Source: Fimicolochytrium jonesii
Taxonomy: Eukaryota
DNA: 64,000 bases
Direction: 5' to 3'
NCBI RefSeq assembly: GCF_025526975.1
Contig: NW_026515671.1
Location: 682,001 to 746,000 of the forward strand
Part shown: piece after piece, positions 60,447 to 64,000 of the stretch
How the letters are laid out: every line of letters starts with the position of its first letter
How positions within the stretch are numbered: position 1 is the stretch's first letter
Notes under the pieces: generated by a model
Told to the model about the DNA's origin: nothing
Database searches by the model: none
Seen by the model: the letters and a program-made list of their open reading frames with translations, nothing else
Made by a program: the position numbers and the translations under genes

Positions 60447-60983
60447 AGGAGCCGGCAAGGATAATTCGCGCGGAGACGGAGAAAATAATAGGGGACGCGT
60501 TGTGTGACGTCAGTTCCCCACGCAGCTTCCGCACAGCCTGTCACAGGCTGTCAGTCTGGTCCTCAGATGGCTTTCGCTTCCGAGATCGAAAATTAGGGCC
60601 GATCGTACATACATGCACAGTCGAACTTTCCATCTGATGTATAGGAGGGAGGTCTGTTTATGTGTGTGGCACTCTCGGTCTCATCGTAGAGCTGCATGCC
60701 AGTCAGCTGCTGGTTTTGATTTTTTTTCCTTATCATCCCGAAGTTCGTTCTTCGCGGGCTGGTATTTTCATGGCCAGCAGAAGGCATACGTGCACATATG
60801 AGCGTATGGATAGATTTCACGCAACGGTATGTCCGATGGGCGCTCGTAAAAGTACTGTACTTCCAAAAAATTCCGTTCCAAGAACCTTCAGCAAAACACA
60901 GACAGCTACCTGAGGGCAAAACAAAGGGAGAACAGCGGCATCTACACGAAGGAATTACATCGCAAGGCTTCGACTAACTAATC

Positions 60984-61867
60984 TCAATCCTCGGCAGCCG
61001 CCGCCGTATTCTTCCCAACATTCAGCTGGGTTCCAGCCAGAGCACTGCGAGGCAGGCTCGGTACCGGAACATGTTTGCCAAGGGCAGTCCGTCCACCGTT
61101 CTGAAGATGCCCGTCAATCAGCAACTGCGACTCTTTGAGCCCATGCGAGATGTCGTGTGCGATTTTCGCCTTGTCCTCCAGGCGGCTTTGCCTCTCTTCC
61201 CATTCTTGCGCGTCGATGCGGTTGCGATTGAGCGTGCGGATCGCGGGGGTGCGGTCGTCGTCTAGGCATTGGATGCCGTCCAGGAAGGCCTGGCATGTCG
61301 TTGGGAATTGATTAGTAGATAGGTGGGTAAAGCTCTGCATTGGTAATGATTATAGCAGCCATACCTGGGCTTGGTTATGAGCATTCAAAATAGTCCCATA
61401 AGCCACATCAACCGCCACCGACGTCCTCCTATCCCTCTCATCCTCCTCCACATTCGTCAGACTCAGTCGACGGAGCACGTTGCTAATCCGGCGCGGGGGT
61501 TCTTCCTCTATATCCCAGCCCTCACCAGCCTCCTTGTCTTCCTGATCAGTGTGGAAAGCAGAAGTCTCCTCCAGTCCTTTCAGGAGAGCTTTGGCCTCAT
61601 CGTGCGCATGTGCTGCTTCAGAGGACGGCGCGAACCGAGATGCGGCTTCGAGACGGAGTCTGCGATCTCGTTCCGCTTCTTCGAGGGCTTTTACTTCTCT
61701 TAAGGAGACGTCGTGGATTCGCACCTGCACAAAAGAGTAGGACACGGTCAGTGTGGAATGTATACGTAGATCACCTGTTGCCACCTCTGTCGTTGGAAAC
61801 AAACCTCGACGCCGTCGGGAACTTGTTCAAAGGCGTTCTCCAATTCGTTCTCGTCGATGCTGGACAT
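60984..61867 (-). CDS. Hypothetical protein (3 exons)
   Basis: MSSIDENELENAFEQVPDGVE / VRIHDVSL...AHNQAQ / AFLDGIQC...AAAAED joins in frame through GT-AG introns; no family recognised. Confidence 0.65.
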
Positions 61868-62154
61868 GATACTTTATGTTCGGAGTGGTGAAGTGAGATG
61901 GAGATTGTGTAGTTACGCAGCCAAAAGATGTAGATAAACACAAACGACTTGGCCTGCATGTCCAGACTCAAAACCTTCGCCGCGCCACTTGCTTCACGTA
62001 ACGCGCGATCCCAACAGTTTCCTGTCAAACTTTCAGATCTCAGACTTCTTACCTCCGAACGAACTTGTTTTGGATATACGCGCCCAGAGTCTTTCTCCTT
62101 CGTAAGACAGATCCTCTTGCAACCCATCATTCCCCAAAATCATCACGCACAGCC

Positions 62155-64000
62155 ATGGACGACGTACTGGATAAGCTCAGGATCTTGAACTATCAGCGAG
62201 ACTTCTGTAAGACAATGTGCGTGACACCGTCTGTCTTTATACAGCACAGATCAACGTGCGCTATCGTACTTATCTCCACCTTACACATCAGGAACTTCAA
62301 ACCACTCCACCGCTTCTACTTTACGGTGCCAGCATCGAACCCCAATGAGCAGTTCTACTGCTTCACCTCCCTGTCCGCCTGGCTGGTGAAGCTGAATGGG
62401 AACTCGTTTGATCCACCGGGACAGTTCGATGACCCTAATGCCACTGTCGCTAACATGGGTTAGAGGATTGTACTTGCATCGAGCGTATTGAAGGACCAGG
62501 AAACTAACGGTGGGAATCATTCTTTGCAGCTGCGAAACTGAAAGAAATGGAGATTTCGGCAGACGTGGGGCTCAACAAGCTTCGACAGGGGCATGGAGAC
62601 GGAGTGTTGATCGTCCTGCAGGCGCTGGTAGACGGGGCGTTGGCAAAGTCGGGATTCACGTTTCAGAAGCCGACGCATAAAGTCGATGAGTGAGTGACCG
62701 ATGTGTACGAGGGACGCGCCGTTTCACGAGAGCAGCCTATTTACCACGCGATGGGAACTCGTAGATACGCTGAGGAAGCCGAAGTAGATGCTGACGCGGA
62801 ACTGACGGCAGAAAGCATTGAGGAAACCATACCCGCTGATGACGACGCGGAAGATATGTTCATGGGGACCATGGCAGCATCAGCAGGCGTACGGGCGGGG
62901 ACTGCGTAAGCCATCTGTTCCATGAGTATCCGCATATGTAAAGGGGCTGATGTGTATCGTTACAGGAAAGCGGAGTCAGCAGGTCTTCGCCCAACGACAG
63001 CAAGACCGACCGTGGATCCTGCCGAATGGAGACTGGAAGTAGAGCGGGTGACGCCGATGCTGCGGGTGCAGATTGCGAACGATAATAAGGATTGGAGGAT
63101 CCATGTGGAGAATATGAGGCATCACCACAAGGTGCGGGTTTGGATTCGGGCCGCATCTGAGCGGGCTGCAGAAAGCAAATGAGAAGCAACGTGACTGACA
63201 CACGCTGTGGATGTTAGACCATCACATCCACGCTAACAGAAACACAAAGCCGTCTCGGCAAATTGCATTCCGAGATCGAGCGAACCCTGGAAAAGATCTC
63301 CAGTAGGGAAAAATACATCAACACGCAGTTCGAAGCACAGGTATGCAAATACCCATTTGGGTATCGGAGAAGTACTGCTTTCCACACCCCGGCCCCGACT
63401 CACCGACATCTGAACCTTGAAGGCCGAGCAACACCGCGTCCTGCAAGACCAAGGATCGGAAATCAAGCAAAAGTACAGTGTAGCGAGCAGCCATGTTTCG
63501 GACCTGACGATCGATCTCTCCCGGATCTCCGAAGAGCTTGATAGTGTCAAGGTAGGTCACCAGCCCTTTCCGGATTGTGACTTTATGTGTCGGAGCAATA
63601 TCGAACATGGCAATGCGCTTGTAGGGACAAATGGACGATATAGGCAGTGGCATGACGGATTCCAAACCGCTTTTGTCTATCAAACAAGGGGTTACAAAGC
63701 TGAAGGTATGTTTCTTACGCAAGTCTTGCCTATGGCAGACACTTTGCTTGTTGATGGTGAGGACCAATCTCTGATTCATTCGTGAATTACAGTCTGAGAT
63801 CAAGCAAATGGACCTGCGTATTGGTGTGATACAGCACATGCTGCTGCAAGCGAAGGTGCGTTTAGCCAATGTCGGAGATGAGTGCTCGTTTGGGATGGGA
63901 CCTCGAACACGTTTCTCACGAATCATCTGGTCTTGATGCACAGTTGAAGACGAAAGGCCCTATGGTCGAGCCACCAAATATGATGCAGGTAAGCTCACGT
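62155..64000 (+). CDS. IFT57: Intraflagellar transport protein 57 (Hippi), 3-prime end beyond the window
   Basis: MDDVLDKLRILNY, NPNEQFYCFTSLSAWL, QFDDPNAT, KLRQGHG, EWRLEVERVTPML...KDWRIH, LEKISSREKYINTQ and EIKQMDLRIGVIQH motifs. Confidence 0.95.

Noticed and set aside
62017..62030. GTTTCCTGTCAAAC as an RFX X-box upstream of IFT57
   Set aside because: Only one half-site fits; the spacer and second half deviate from the consensus.

Overview
Gene-dense, intron-rich eukaryotic DNA. IFT57 (flagellar transport), a myosin-fused chitin synthase and a Zn2Cys6 factor together point to a zoosporic fungus, probably a chytrid (inference). I can support one tRNA-Leu(CAA) and about 23 protein-coding genes: Zn2Cys6 TF, ELMO, G-beta, cold-shock protein, GATA/PHD protein, tail-anchored coiled-coil protein, SF3A1/Prp21, Trm8, class V chitin synthase, F-box/LRR, Sec24, GT14, RUS1, Epl1, a dioxygenase-like gene, PQ-loop transporter, PAP2 phosphatase, BCKDH E1-beta, GNAT, CsbD-like, two hypotheticals and partial IFT57. 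The most notable region is a ~3.7 kb island at 47.4-51.1 kb. It holds a decayed Fanzor/TnpB-like RNA-guided nuclease relic head-to-head with a TET/JBP-like 2OG-Fe(II) dioxygenase gene that has an unbroken CDS. Other highlights are an array of seven homologous phase-1 micro-exons in Sec24, a 184-bp Tc1/mariner-type MITE with a TA duplication, footprint-like TACAGTA/TACTGTA motifs in divergent intergenic spacers, an interstitial (TTAGGG)5, a KASH-like C-terminus and a truncated SF3A1. Exon structures and family calls were read by eye and from recalled motifs; no searches were run.
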